DNA of 64,000 nucleotides from Chlorokybus atmophyticus. Lineage: Eukaryota; Plantae; Mesostigma and Chlorokybus algae. This document shows positions 18,707-31,226 of the stretch, piece after piece; positions within the stretch are counted from its first letter, which is position 1, and each line of letters opens with the position of its first letter. Under the pieces are notes generated by a model. That model had not been told where the DNA came from, searched no databases, and saw only the letters and a program-made list of their open reading frames with translations. Made by a program: the position numbers and the translations under genes. The stretch covers positions 60,010-124,009 of the forward strand of contig RHPI01000273.1 of assembly GCA_009103225.1 (NCBI GenBank), read 5' to 3'.

Positions 18707-21700
18707 ATGGCGGCGGCGGCGGTGTCCGCCACGGCATTGCCGCCATTCACTACCAGCCCATCAACCCGCTGCATGTCCCTTCATGCCCCACTTGTGCTAA
18801 GCAGCAGCGGGCAACGACGGCAGCATGCGCCACTCGCTCCCCGCTGCCGCAGCCACCACCACCACAGGTACACACAGCTGAGCAGCTGCTGTGGTTGTTT
18901 GACTTGAAGCAATGCTTGCCAGCATGCATGCCAGCTGGCGCGAGAAACTTGTCTGAAGCTCATGCCTTGCCTGAATGGCCTCTCAGTTCACAGCACACTT
19001 GTCCCCTTGCATCATGTCAAGCAGGAGGCGGTTGCTGCCACCCCTGGCTTCATCATCACAGGACCCATCGCCATCAACATCAACACCAACGTTGAGTGAA
19101 GGAGGTCACAAGCATGCTCCTCGTGTGTTCTACTCCGAGCCTGGCGAGCGCTTCCTCTTCCAGTACGGCGAGAGCCTGCGCACGTACGAGCTCCCCGCAG
19201 GCACCAGAGTCGTGTATGGGGGTGTACGCAAGGACGGCACGCGCGACCCGCAGCAGGTATAGTTGTTGTGGTGTTGTTGATGTTGGTGTTGGTGGTGGTG
19301 GTGGTGGTTCTATTACTGCATGCTGCATTGGTTTGAATTGTGTATTTGCGCATTGGTGCGATCATTGCTTTGGTAGGGTTGGTAGGGTTTCTGCTTGTAA
19401 TGAAACCACTTGGTTGTCATGTGGCTGTGTTTGTTCCAATGCTGGTGAATGATGTTGAATGCTTACATGCTTTCATGCACAGGTGCAAGGCATGATCGAT
19501 GGCGCGATCAACAACCCACTCGGCATGCCCGCATTCCGCGAGAAGATCCGGCAGCTCAAGGCTGATAATCCCAATCCTAAGGTATGGCCTCTCTTTCTGC
19601 ATGCATGGGAAGCAAAGCTTGCACATGCATGCGCGCATACGTGCGCGTGCGCGCGCTTGTGTGCTTACTCGCATTCACGCACACACACATATACGTGTAC
19701 ATGTGCCTTGCGTGTACGTACAACTTCGTGCAGTCTTTGAAACTCATTCTTTGCTGCAGATCTGCTTTGCCTTTGATGACGTAAGCATTCCGCTGCCACC
19801 AATGAAGATGCCAGACATACGGTGTGTAATGCTGTTTGCTGTCATGCATGAGTAATGCAGTAGCCCCAACATTGTGTTCGAACAGTGCTCGGGTGTTGGA
19901 GACGTGCGAGGCCATATGCGTCTCCGAGGGCGTGACAGACATCACGTTTGTGTGCTCCATCGCGCTGCACAGGTACATACGGCCCGACGAGTTCCGCCAC
20001 ATCTGCGGGCCAAAACTCTTCAATAAGTACCACCCAGAGCGGTGAGCATGTGTATTGTGTGTTGCATGCGCCGTATGTGAAAACTGTGTTAACTTATGTG
20101 ACTTTGTTAACGTGCACAGGATGCGAAACTACAATGCGGTTGACGAGTATGATAGCGTGGTCATCGGCACAACCCGCCACGGTGAGCCAGTAAAGGTCAG
20201 CATTTGTCACCTGAATGTAAACCCAACAAGAAGACCATCAATCTCAGTCATTTGCATTGGCTTCTGTGAACATGTACTTGTTAACTGGCATACTCAAGTG
20301 CCAAAGCTAATCAGCAGTGGGCTATCACAAACTTTCATGCAAGTTTGCACATTGGTGGTTACTGAATCAAACCGCTGTGCGTTGCAGATTTGCAAGACGG
20401 TGGCTGAGGCGTCGTTGTTGGTGTATGCCAACGTGAACTACGTGAGCATGGACGGTGGGTACAAGTCGTACGCGACGGGGCTCGTGCACTACGACTCGCT
20501 GCGCACCAACCATGACAGCAAAACTCTCAGAGCCACGCGGTCGCTGTACGACCCCGAACGCAGCGCAATACACCGAAGCTTTGAGCGCATCGGCAAGATT
20601 ATGCAAAAACATACCGAGGCAAGGCTGTATACCACATACAGACGTCTGCGCGTGTGTACACATGTTGATATACACCTACAATTGCACGTACATTTATGTA
20701 TGCATATGCACATACGCACGCGCACATGCACGTACACGCACATGCAGGCACACATAAGGTAATCAATCTGGGCTGTTCTACCAATTTGTCGACTCGTTTT
20801 ATGTGTGTCCATGCAGGTGTTTCATATAGAGACTGTGCTGGACGAGCAGCTGTTCCCCTGGTACCTCTCGTGGGTATCCGTGTTGATACGTGAGATGAAC
20901 CTGTGGCAGAAGACGCTCATGCACTTGACGCTGCTGAGCCTCCGCTTCACGCCGCTGTGGCTGCGCATGCGCATCTTCTGGTCGCCGCTCGTCCGTGGAC
21001 CCTTCGGCCTCCTTCAGGCTAGTACGCACACAACATGTGAAGTGTACATGTTGGCACGCGCTGATGTCACCCCAACAAGTGCACTGCACAAGACTTGTTG
21101 TGCCTTGCGTGATGCGTATGTGTACTTGCGCAGGTGACGGCTGGCGAGACAACCGCAGTTCATGCACGCACGTTAGAGTTGTGTTACCGTGACAAAGTCA
21201 TGGATGTTGAAGGACAGAGTGATATTCTTATTGTGGCTCCATCATGTTTGGGACCGTACACGAAGGATTGCTACTTCAACCCTTTGCTGGTAACCACTGC
21301 CGCTGCTTGAGATGATGCTGCGTGTGTGGTATGACACAACATCACACAGGTCAACACATACGCGCTGGGATACTACTTCAACATGTATGTTGGAGGTGTG
21401 CCACTTTGCAAGAAGGGAGGCGTTGTGATTGTCATCAATCCGATGCCATACGAATGGTCGTCTCCCGCGCACGATTGCTACAAGTGAGCACAACAACATG
21501 CAACTCAACCATGTGGTGATGCCTTCTAGCTGAACCAACATGCATGCCAGGGAGCTGTTTGAGGAAGTCATCAAACCAGCGCCTGGCTTAGACGAATTTG
21601 AAGCCTTCCAGGAACAATTTGCGACGAGCGATCGCCTGAACGATATATACCGCCAAGGCAAAGGCCCCGCGGGCGTGCACGGCTTCTACATGTACACTTG

Positions 21701-22101
21701 GGCTGCTCATGGCATGGACTCTGTCAGCAAAGTAAGTGGCATCAGTGGCTTTCTTTTACTTACCCAACTCAGTCAGCTACTAAAGCATTCAACTGCCTTC
21801 TCCGGGGCTTATGCCTTGGCGCACCTTTGGTCCTTCATGCCATACGGTGCCACATGATTGACAGCATGTGTATGTACAGGTTATTGTTGTTGGAGCGCAG
21901 GACTCCAGAGGGCCTAACATCTTGAGATGGGATATGGCTGATGATGTCATCGATGCGGTGGCCCAAGCGCGCAGGCACTTGAAGAACCCGGATGCCACCG
22001 TGACATACTTACGTGCGCCACCGTTGGTTTATGTTCGAGTTAAAACGGAAGCAACCCAAGACACCACAAGCAGTCGAGCCGAGCCAGTCACGGCCTCATG
22101 A
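18707..22101 (+). CDS. Lactate-racemase-like (LarA/DUF2088) protein with predicted plastid transit peptide
   Basis: About 12 exons. The N-terminus is S/A/R-rich (MAAAAVSATALPPFTTSPSTRC...). Core motifs are CFAFDDVSIPLPPM, SIALHR, NVNYVSMDGGYKS, NHDS, GQSDILIV, YALGYYFNMY..P..KKGGVVIV and GVHGFYMYTWAAHG, resembling the actinobacterial/myxobacterial DUF2088 subfamily. Confidence 0.82.
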
Positions 22102-24107
22102 TCAAGCCAGAGATGTTTGCAATCCTAGCCCCCATTCGTTTTTCAAGTAGAATTCTTGGGCAACTAGATGCACAGCGCATGGTTGAACAGGGTATACCTT
22201 GCAGGAGTTGTCAAGTGCAACGCAGGGTATAGCCGGTTACAAGCGCTGTTAATGCCAAATAAGTAATGGTCATTCTCCAAAACCATCCAGTCATCAAGGC
22301 CACAAGTGTTTTTCCAATACTAAAGAACCCTAAGTCACACAAGATCACCTGGGAATGCACATGCGCAATCTTGTCGCTTGATGCAAAGCTTCGGCATCTT
22401 TAGAATTAGAGCTAGCATGCCCAGCTTATGGATATAAGTACAGCACCTCGGGCAACTCCGGGAGTAGGAGCATGTATAAAGCAAATCAAGAGGTTTTAAG
22501 TGTGCAAGTCATCGCCCAGAAGATGTCATGCCTCTTGTCATGGAGACATATGGTAGAGTTGAGGGGCCAAAAAATCCAAAGCAAGAGCAATCACTTAACA
22601 ACAGAGCATGCAACACCAATAGCATATCCTAGCACAACAACCCTAAACACAATAAGTAAACTTAGGAGCCGGTTCCTATGTGCAATGCTTAGGACTGGCA
22701 GGCAGGAAGGCAGGTAGGAGACAACCAGCAGGGTAGCGCCCAACCAACTGCAGGTCTGCAGATGATAGCAGACATGCAATTGGGAGAGCCTTTGCAAAGC
22801 TGGTTTCATAACCGCATGACGCACTTTGGAATGACATGGAGGCCATGTCTACGTGCGTTCTACAATTTGGACAGACACTACTCTTACATTAAACAGAAAC
22901 ACGGGAAAGGGTCCAGGAACGTGTCCATGCCGCTACACTTGGTTGTTCGTCTATGCAACTTGGTTGCATTCCAGTAGAGGATGTGGCCTCATTTTCTTCA
23001 ATGCTTTCATTCAGTTAGGGAGCGTGGTGTGTGCGAGAGCGCGTGACACAGAAACCATGGCCTCTGTCGTGCCCAGCATAATGCATTCTCTCATGCCATT
23101 GACAGTTCCACTCGGCTTGATGCATGTGGATGCATGTGCAGATTGATTGCCAGCAGCGCGTCGGGGAGAAAGCCACGCGCGCGCCCGGCGGGGGGCGGGG
23201 GGGGGCTTTATGACCCAAGTTCTCGAGCGCCTAAGACAGCCTACTACAGAGCGGGCCTTGGGTCAATGATACACGCAAATTGCATGAACCTGCTGTTATC
23301 ATGCGCTAGCAAACCAGCTAACCCCACACCCAATACGCACAGTATACGCCGACCACTTGCGCGACGCACTTTAAGCAAACCCTGTCAATGCAGACACAGT
23401 GTTTCCGTGCGAGCCACCGCCAATATTGATATGCAACCAGCAGCCTCCCCCCCACTGCTACCAGGCTGGCAGCATTAGTGATCGTAAGCTAGTGCAATCT
23501 CAGCACTCACCCTTGTGTGCAAGCACATGCGTGTGTGCCAATCAGCCTGCTCGGCATTTCACAAGTTCAACGCAGTTCGCTAAACATAATTATAATACAT
23601 ACACATCTGACAATGGTCTCTGGTAGCTGCAGGTTGCTCAACTTTTTCAACAATGCTTTAGGAAAAGGAGCTGGTGGTGAAAAAAGCTGCTGGCAGGTTT
23701 GGGGGGGAGGGGGAGAGGGGGAGGGGGAGGCTGTCCCCCCGGGCGTTGTCCATGAACAGCGTGAACACAGTCTGGTCACCAATAGGCCAGGCTGGTGCCG
23801 CACTCCGCGGATGTTCCGAGGAGTTCGCGCATGCACGCTGGCCAGGACAAGTTGTGGTTGAGTGGCGCCAATAACTCCCTTGGCAGCCTTTTTAACAGGT
23901 AGGTATCTCACAGGGCACGCGCGCGCAGGGTTGCATGCCAATGTATGCATACACTTGTTGCCAGGGAGGCCACAAGTTGTGCAAGATATGATATCCGCGA
24001 CTATGTATGTCTCCCTGTACACCATGACATCGCTCATTGTCAGGTTTGACGCTGACACATTGCCTCCTCAAGGGGTTTTGGCAGTCAAAAAAATGGGAGG
24101 ATGCCCA

Positions 24108-26988
24108 TCATGAGGTCAATTTCCTCCGCTTTGCATCCTGCTCCCGGCTACTATCATCTGTCTGCTTTACCTCTACCTTGCAGACCGCATCGCTGCATGC
24201 ACAATTACTTCAGCACACAGAACACGCACAAACACCACACAGTCAACTGCAATCACAACGTGTTAAACAGACTGTGAGCTGACGCACCCTGCATGTGCGG
24301 ATGGTGCAGAGAAGTCCGAGCTCGTCAGCAGCGTGGGTGTTGTGGAATGCATCGGCGTCAAGATACCTCGCTGCACACCACAAGTAAGAACTTGTTGTAT
24401 GCTTGAATAAGCTACAGAAGTCTCCACACCAATGGCATCTGTCAGCACGTACCCCCAAGCATTTTGAGGGAGATGGCCAGTCAATGTTTGCAAGAGTAAA
24501 GGGTGTCATGTTCAGCGTCCCGGGCGTCTCAAGGTTTGGAGTTGGCAAGTCGGAAATCGCTTGGTTTAGCGTCCGAGCCGACATCAAACCATCCTGTAGT
24601 GGCAACAAAACATCAGCCATCGTGCCACATAACATCGTCAACACAGCTGAGCCAACAGGAGAGGCATGCCTGCTTTCAATCCCTCCTACTGCGGATGTGA
24701 TGCACTGGCAAATTTGCTGTATGGCAAGCTGGCAAAGAGCGTCACCTTTGGTGTTGCAAGCTCAGGCATTGCGCGAAGGTCCATTGGTGATGGCAAGGAT
24801 GCTCCAATCTGGCGCTTCAAATCAAGAGGAGTGTCGGCCATGTCCATTGGCGTTGGGAGCTCCATGAAGTTGTGTTCAATGTTTGCACTGGAGTGTTGCA
24901 CTGGAGGTGGAGGCGGCATGGCATTGCTGCCTGGTGCACCACCCGCAAGAACACAAACAAATGAGTGAAGCAAGTGAGAGGAACTGGTCTCTTCTGCACA
25001 GGCATCATGTTCAGCATACCTGGTCGGCTTGCTGTGGTCACCTTGGCAGGTCCCGTGCGCACTAATGCATTCATGTTTGCAGGAGGTGCATTGGACGGCA
25101 CGCCCTTTGCATTCAGCACAGGAGCCTTGCCTTTGGCAGCAGCAGAAATGGCATTGGCGGCAGCCGCTGCGGCCACAGCTGACTGGCCGGTGTTGACAAC
25201 GCCAACGTGGGGCTGTTGCCTTGAGTTCTTACCCTTCTTCGCATCACCAACATTTATCGGCTGCAACATGCACACAGTCAACCTCGCGGTATGATCAGGG
25301 CAGTACAAGTGCAATTGAAGAACCCAAATACATGAAGCAGACAATTACAAGTGGTTCTCAGGCAGCAATCAACGATATACCTTGGAATCGTTGATGGGAA
25401 TGACAATGGACAAGTCTCGCTTGCCGGATTTGCGTGATGAAGAGGGCGCGTTCGGGCTACCCATGCTGTCCTGCATACCTAGTCTACCAAGAAGTGCCGA
25501 CTGACCGGGGAACTTGGAGTTGTGACCCATGATGCCACTCATGAGCGGCATCATGTTGTTGGGTGCGGGTGCTCCATGCCTCGGAAGCGGGGAATTTAGG
25601 GACGAAAAGAAGCTCTGCTTTAACCCCAGTGAAGAAGGGCCCAAGCCTCGCGGAGAGGCCATTGGCATGAAAAAACTAGTAGGGGACTGTGTGATGCGTG
25701 CCAAACAGCTTAGCAACGCATTGCCGCAAGCATACACGAATGCATGCAACACCAGACAAAGCGTGCACCTGCTCTGTTGACATGGACACATGCTGGCTCA
25801 TGAAGTCGAATTCCTGGTTTATCCGATGGTAGGCTTTCTCACTGCGGGGAGTCAGCGCGTAGGGATTGGGATCATTATGCAGACCAGGAGGTCTGAATCC
25901 ATCAGCGCCTCCCGCCATAGGGTTCATGAAACTACAGCAGACGAGCACAGATCAGAGCAGCTCACAATGCTGCAACTGCGTGCATCAGGCAGGCAGATAC
26001 TTGCTTGTTCACGCTTCCAGCCATAGCTGACAGTGGGTAAAAGAGTGCAGGACGACAGTGCTGGCACTGGATAGGATACCCACTGTACAACCAAAGCAAG
26101 CTTCTACAATGTAAGTCCCACGCAGGCAGGATTGATTACCTTCCTTCAAATGAAATGGGGTGTGCGTGGTCCTGGTTCGCTGCTTCGGATGCTGCTGGTA
26201 GCGCTTGCCGAGGTGCACCCTGCGTACTCGGCACGGTTCCGAGCGCCACCGCATCAACACTTGGGGCTTCTTGTTTGATTTCAGTCTGCAACCACAACAG
26301 ACCAGCGCAAACACGGTCAGCATCCGGATCAAGAAGTGTCACCAAACAATGTCCAACCAGGAGGCCTGACTGCTTTGATAGCGCATGGTGTGCGATCCAC
26401 AACATGATAAACAATATGAAACATGAGTACCTTGACTTGCGCTTGCAAATCTGCTCCTCCAATAGCTTCATCTCCATCATCGTCGCTGTCATCTTTATTG
26501 GAGTTGCTATTGAGTTGGGATGCAAAATGTTGCGTGAAGAGCTGCATAACGAAAGCAATGGTCAGACAAGCCGGACAAAACGGAGGGCGGGGGGAGAGGG
26601 AAGAGTATCGTCAACCCGGCGTGGCCATATGTATGCGTGTGATGTATTTGCGCTGAACTCACATCTTGGTTGTTGCGCTTTTCATGGGGTTCATGGCACA
26701 TTGTAGAGTACTTGCCCAGGATGGTGTCCATCTCACTCGAGCAGTACTGAAAGAGCTTGTTATTGCTGTTGAAGATAACGAGCGCGATGTCGCAATCACA
26801 AAGCACACTCAGCTCCATTGCTTTCTTCATGAGACCGTTTTTCCGTTTTGTAAAGGTGACCTGCGCCAAAGCACCTCAGCAACAGATGCAAACCCTGCAC
26901 AGTTGACAGCTGCCAGCTGCACAGACAAACATACCTGCCGATTTCTTTCATCGGCTATCCTCTCGATACGAATTTTTTTCCGCCCCAT
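24108..26988 (-). CDS. MEF2-type (type II) MADS-box transcription factor without K domain
   Basis: About 11 exons starting 26988-26935, 26860-26663, 26541-26431, 26285-26140 and ending at stop 24108-24110. The N-terminus [57 protein letters not shown]...[10 protein letters not shown] is a MADS+MEF2 domain. It is followed by a long low-complexity tail ending AKRRKLTS. Confidence 0.93.
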
Positions 26989-29900
26989 CCTCTGCAAGTA
27001 CAATAATAGCTATTAAGCTCAGCTTTCGGCAAAAACGCACTCAAGACAAGGTTGATCGGCATCAAGGCAAGAAACACATGCCAAGGCGTGGACCGGTCCA
27101 GACGTGGACAGCATCAAGGTGTACGGACATTGCCCACCCAAGCAGGAGCACACAGAAAGAGCCTGGCGCAAGACACGACGGGGCTGATTGAAACAAGATT
27201 GTTCCAAACAGCGACAGTTACTTTGTTAGCTCACTGGCTTGGGTGCGCGGTCAAGGTTGATTGCAAAAGCAGCGGAACCAATCATCAGCCTGCTGGCTCT
27301 GCAATTGCCTTACGGCTGGCATGACCACTACGAGACACAGCCTACCAGAACTTTAGTCGCTCCAACTAGTGCCTGGCTCTTGACAGCAGCTGTTTACTGC
27401 AGAGCGAATATCTGCTACTGGCACTACCGATCAACTCTTTAGCAAACACCTCTCCCAACTACAGCATCATTGGTTCACACCCGTCAGTTGATTGTGATCG
27501 GAGCATCAACTGCTTCACCAAACACACCTGATCCATCATTCAACGTTAAGATCGTGTTGTGCGACAGTCAACATGCTTTGAAGGTGACAGCAACTCTCAC
27601 CACAGCTGACTTGTACCCTTACTGTGCTCAGATCGGCGTTCAACCCGCTAGATATAATGATGTGTTTCAGCCCTACATGAGCTTGACTGCCTCCAAACAG
27701 CATGTGGGCGGTGCAAGCAAGCTCCGATCTGAGGGGCGTTGCGTAGCAAGCTCCGATCGGAGCAATGCAACAAGCGATCTGGAGGCTAGTTGATTGAGGG
27801 CAAGCTTGATGTTTAGAGTAACTTACAGCTTGGGCGGCCCCGCCCGCCAGTGGTGGGGCGGGGCGGGAAGGGGTTCCCGCCTCCGCGCAGCTACGCCCGG
27901 TCGCGCGAGTGGCCGCCGTCGCGGCTGGCAGATGGCGCCGTGACGGCGCCCCCCATCCACCGGCGGTGGTGGTGCTGGTGTTGGTGGCGCCTCCGACAGC
28001 CGGAGCAGCAACCGCCGCCGCCTTGCCCCCGCCCCCTCTCCCGCCTCCGCCCCGCTCCGTCACTGCGGCTCCAGGCACGGATGACACCGTGCCCACCCCG
28101 CCGCCATGGCCGAGCAGCAGCCGACCAGCTGATCCTCCCTCGACCTCGTCTTCCCAACCCTCGCTCACGCCGCCAACCCCGCCGCCTCTGCCGCCGCCGC
28201 CGCCCCTGACACGGTTGAGCAGCAGCAAGCCCTGGGCTAGGACTCTCTCTCACCCTAACTCACAGCAGGCGTTGCGCCGGTTTTAGAAGCTCAGATCGAC
28301 CGCACTCGTGCCGAGGGAGACAGAGCCCCCATACCGCAAAGTCATGAGTAATTAATCACATGTTATGACTCATGGTTCATAAGCCTAAAGCCAAGCTAAG
28401 CCAATTCCTTTCTCGGGGTACCACACCGGGAGAGGATTTATGCATGATGTTGCGTTTCGCTTTGTGTCTCCAACGGTGGGTGTGTTATGGAGGGGAGCGT
28501 TACGGGGGGCAACCGTGAGGGCGGCTTCACTGAGTTCAGTGAAATTGGTGAGCCGAGAGTGATTGCAAGCGCAGGAGTGATCCACTCCGGGTCAAGCATG
28601 TGTACGGATCACGTGAAATCGCTGTCGTGCCAGGTCACGTGCGGTAGCTGGCTGGAACAGCATGTACAGAAGCCTACACCAGCGCACGCGAAATAAAGGA
28701 TAAGTTAGTGCATCCCTCTTTGCCTAAAGCAATGTACATAAGCACATGCAAGTACAATAGCAAGACCCTAGCCAACTATACAAGTCAGCCAACAAAGCAC
28801 TGTGCAGTGTGGACAAGGGTAGTCACTAGCAGTGCAAGAGCAGCAAAGTAGCAAGTTGGCATTGGACAAGCACACAGCAAGGGCAATGCGCTGGCCCTTT
28901 TTGACGCATTAAGCATGCGAGGAGTTTATCACCGTGACAACTGTTGTAACATCGTCATGCTACATTTTACAATAAACGTACATACATATATATACATACA
29001 TGGCTTTTCCGTAACATTTTGTAATTAGCGTGTTATATACACGTATATGCGTTAGCACATATCAATAACTTGGTACCACTTAAAATTCTTTAGCAACGAT
29101 GCACGTACCGTATGGTAGAGTTAGTGTAAATATAAGTATTGATACAAACATTTGCGTAACCGTATTGAATTAATAATTGCTAGGTTACGATCGAACATAA
29201 TAAAAATAATAATACGATGTAATTGATATGTGACGGTTGTAGTGTAACATTTAGCTGAATGCATATCATCATTTATGGCACATACACCGAATGCTTTGAG
29301 GCGCTTTTGAAAGTCCTTCAAAGAGAAGTTTCTTGTTACAGTTTAAAACAACTGCCTTATCCGATTCAGGTTTCAACTATGTTTCAAATAATTGCCTAAT
29401 AAGTGATTATGCCGCAAATAATTAAGCCTCCGCACTATCGTACCTTACCCCTAGCTTAGAGATCAACAATCATTGAGTCTCACGCTTAATTGGTCATAAT
29501 GCGAAGCTGTGACACACACTTATCCGAGTGCATAGCAGACTGCAAGAATAAATAACAACTTTTACCAAGTACTGTCAGTATTGTCAACAACCACCCCACA
29601 TGAGAATGGGAAAAGGCCATTTGAACAACCAGGCTAGGAACCCCACGTACAAGAATACTGTAAGTTCACTTGAGCTCTGTTGGCCAACACAATGTTGGCA
29701 ACACCCTTATGCACTTCCCTTTTCTGCCTTCTGACATAGCGCACCAATAGTCAGGCTTCCTGCATTCCACTGCTGCGTCGATCAACACGAAGAGATAAGA
29801 CCATTGTATCTTGCTCCAAGTCTGCCTTAGAGAAGCTACGTGCATGTGTGACCATGTCACAACGAACTGACATAGCCAAGCTATGTCAAAAAGCAGTACC

Positions 29901-31226
29901 GCAGTCGGTGAGCAGCTCTGTGCTATCTCACTCATGCCTTGTGCATTTACCATGCCCAAGGCCTCGTGGGCTCAAGGGCAGGCTGTACATGAGCATACCT
30001 CACAAGCACTACACATACTCATAAAGCGGACTCTTCACACAGCCTGATGGTAGTAGTAGTAGTAGTAGTAGTACTTACTACCATAAGTAAGTACTTAGGA
30101 GTGAGACGTCGTGTTCTGTAGGCGTGACATCCTCCCAACTTGATTACAACTTCCAGGTCGCAAAAGGTTGAGCTAACAAGCCCCAAATGGCGAGTAGACC
30201 ATGATGGCCAATTCACCCAAGTAATTCCCCGCTCTCCACGCGTGAACAAGTGCAAGTCATGGGAGAACCAACCATCTTTCTATGCGCGCTCAGTTGCTAA
30301 TAGTCACTAAAGATATTATCTTGCAAGTGGGTGCACACCACCTTATAGCAGAGGCAATAACACATACCGCTAAGTGGCACCTATGGATTTGAGCTCACTC
30401 TCAAACTCTTCAAACAAGTCAGCACATTGACATGTTGGCCATAACCTCCCAAGTGGTATGCTTTCCCCATAACCACGCCACAAGAGGAACATTGCACTTC
30501 TCACCGCCACAACCTAACCTGAAAGTTGTGCGTGCAACGCGCGACTTACAATGTCACCGCCAACTTGATGTCTTGTCGCTTAAAATGTCATGACATGAAG
30601 AACAAACAAGAAAGTGCACAAAACAGAGGAGCAAGCGTGGGTACGACACATGTATTTGGCGTGGCCGGTGCGCACTGGATCAGATATTATCGCCGGTCAT
30701 ACACCAGTCGCTGTATCATATAGCATGTATGGCTTCAAGAGGAATGCGGCAAGCTTACTTGGCTGGCGAGCAAGGTGCCATATCTGATATGCGCCGGCGC
30801 TGAGACCAGTGCCACCGGCCATTGATGCAAGGTACTGCTGGCTGTGTAGGAGGTCATGACGAACTGTTTCCTGTGCTGCAAGCATCTTCATAGCAGCATC
30901 CATCGCCATCATGATGTGAGGATTTGCTTTGGGTGGCATCAGCTGGAGCAATGCTCACAAGGAGTTGACCAAGCGCAGAACCAACAAGGAGGAGGAACTG
31001 CAAAGGAAACAACTTGTGTCCATGAAGACATCAAAACAGCAACCTGCTGCAAATAAGTTTAGATGCTGGTACCATGTAAAATGTCACAGAGCGAACGCAT
31101 CACACATCCAAGCACTGCCATTGTCACAGACCACATCAACCTATCATCAGACAATACTACGCACCAACTTGTGGTGGTGATGCGCGGTTCAAGGGCTGCT
31201 GTAGAGAGCTACGAGAGTAGTTTATA

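Noticed and set aside
26140-26660. K-box after the MADS domain (MIKC call)
   Set aside because: No heptad Leu coiled-coil is visible; the region is acidic and low-complexity.
30697-30951. Minus-strand ORF MLQLMPPKANPH... as an extra gene
   Set aside because: No recognisable motif or consistent splice chain; it may be cupin 3' UTR.
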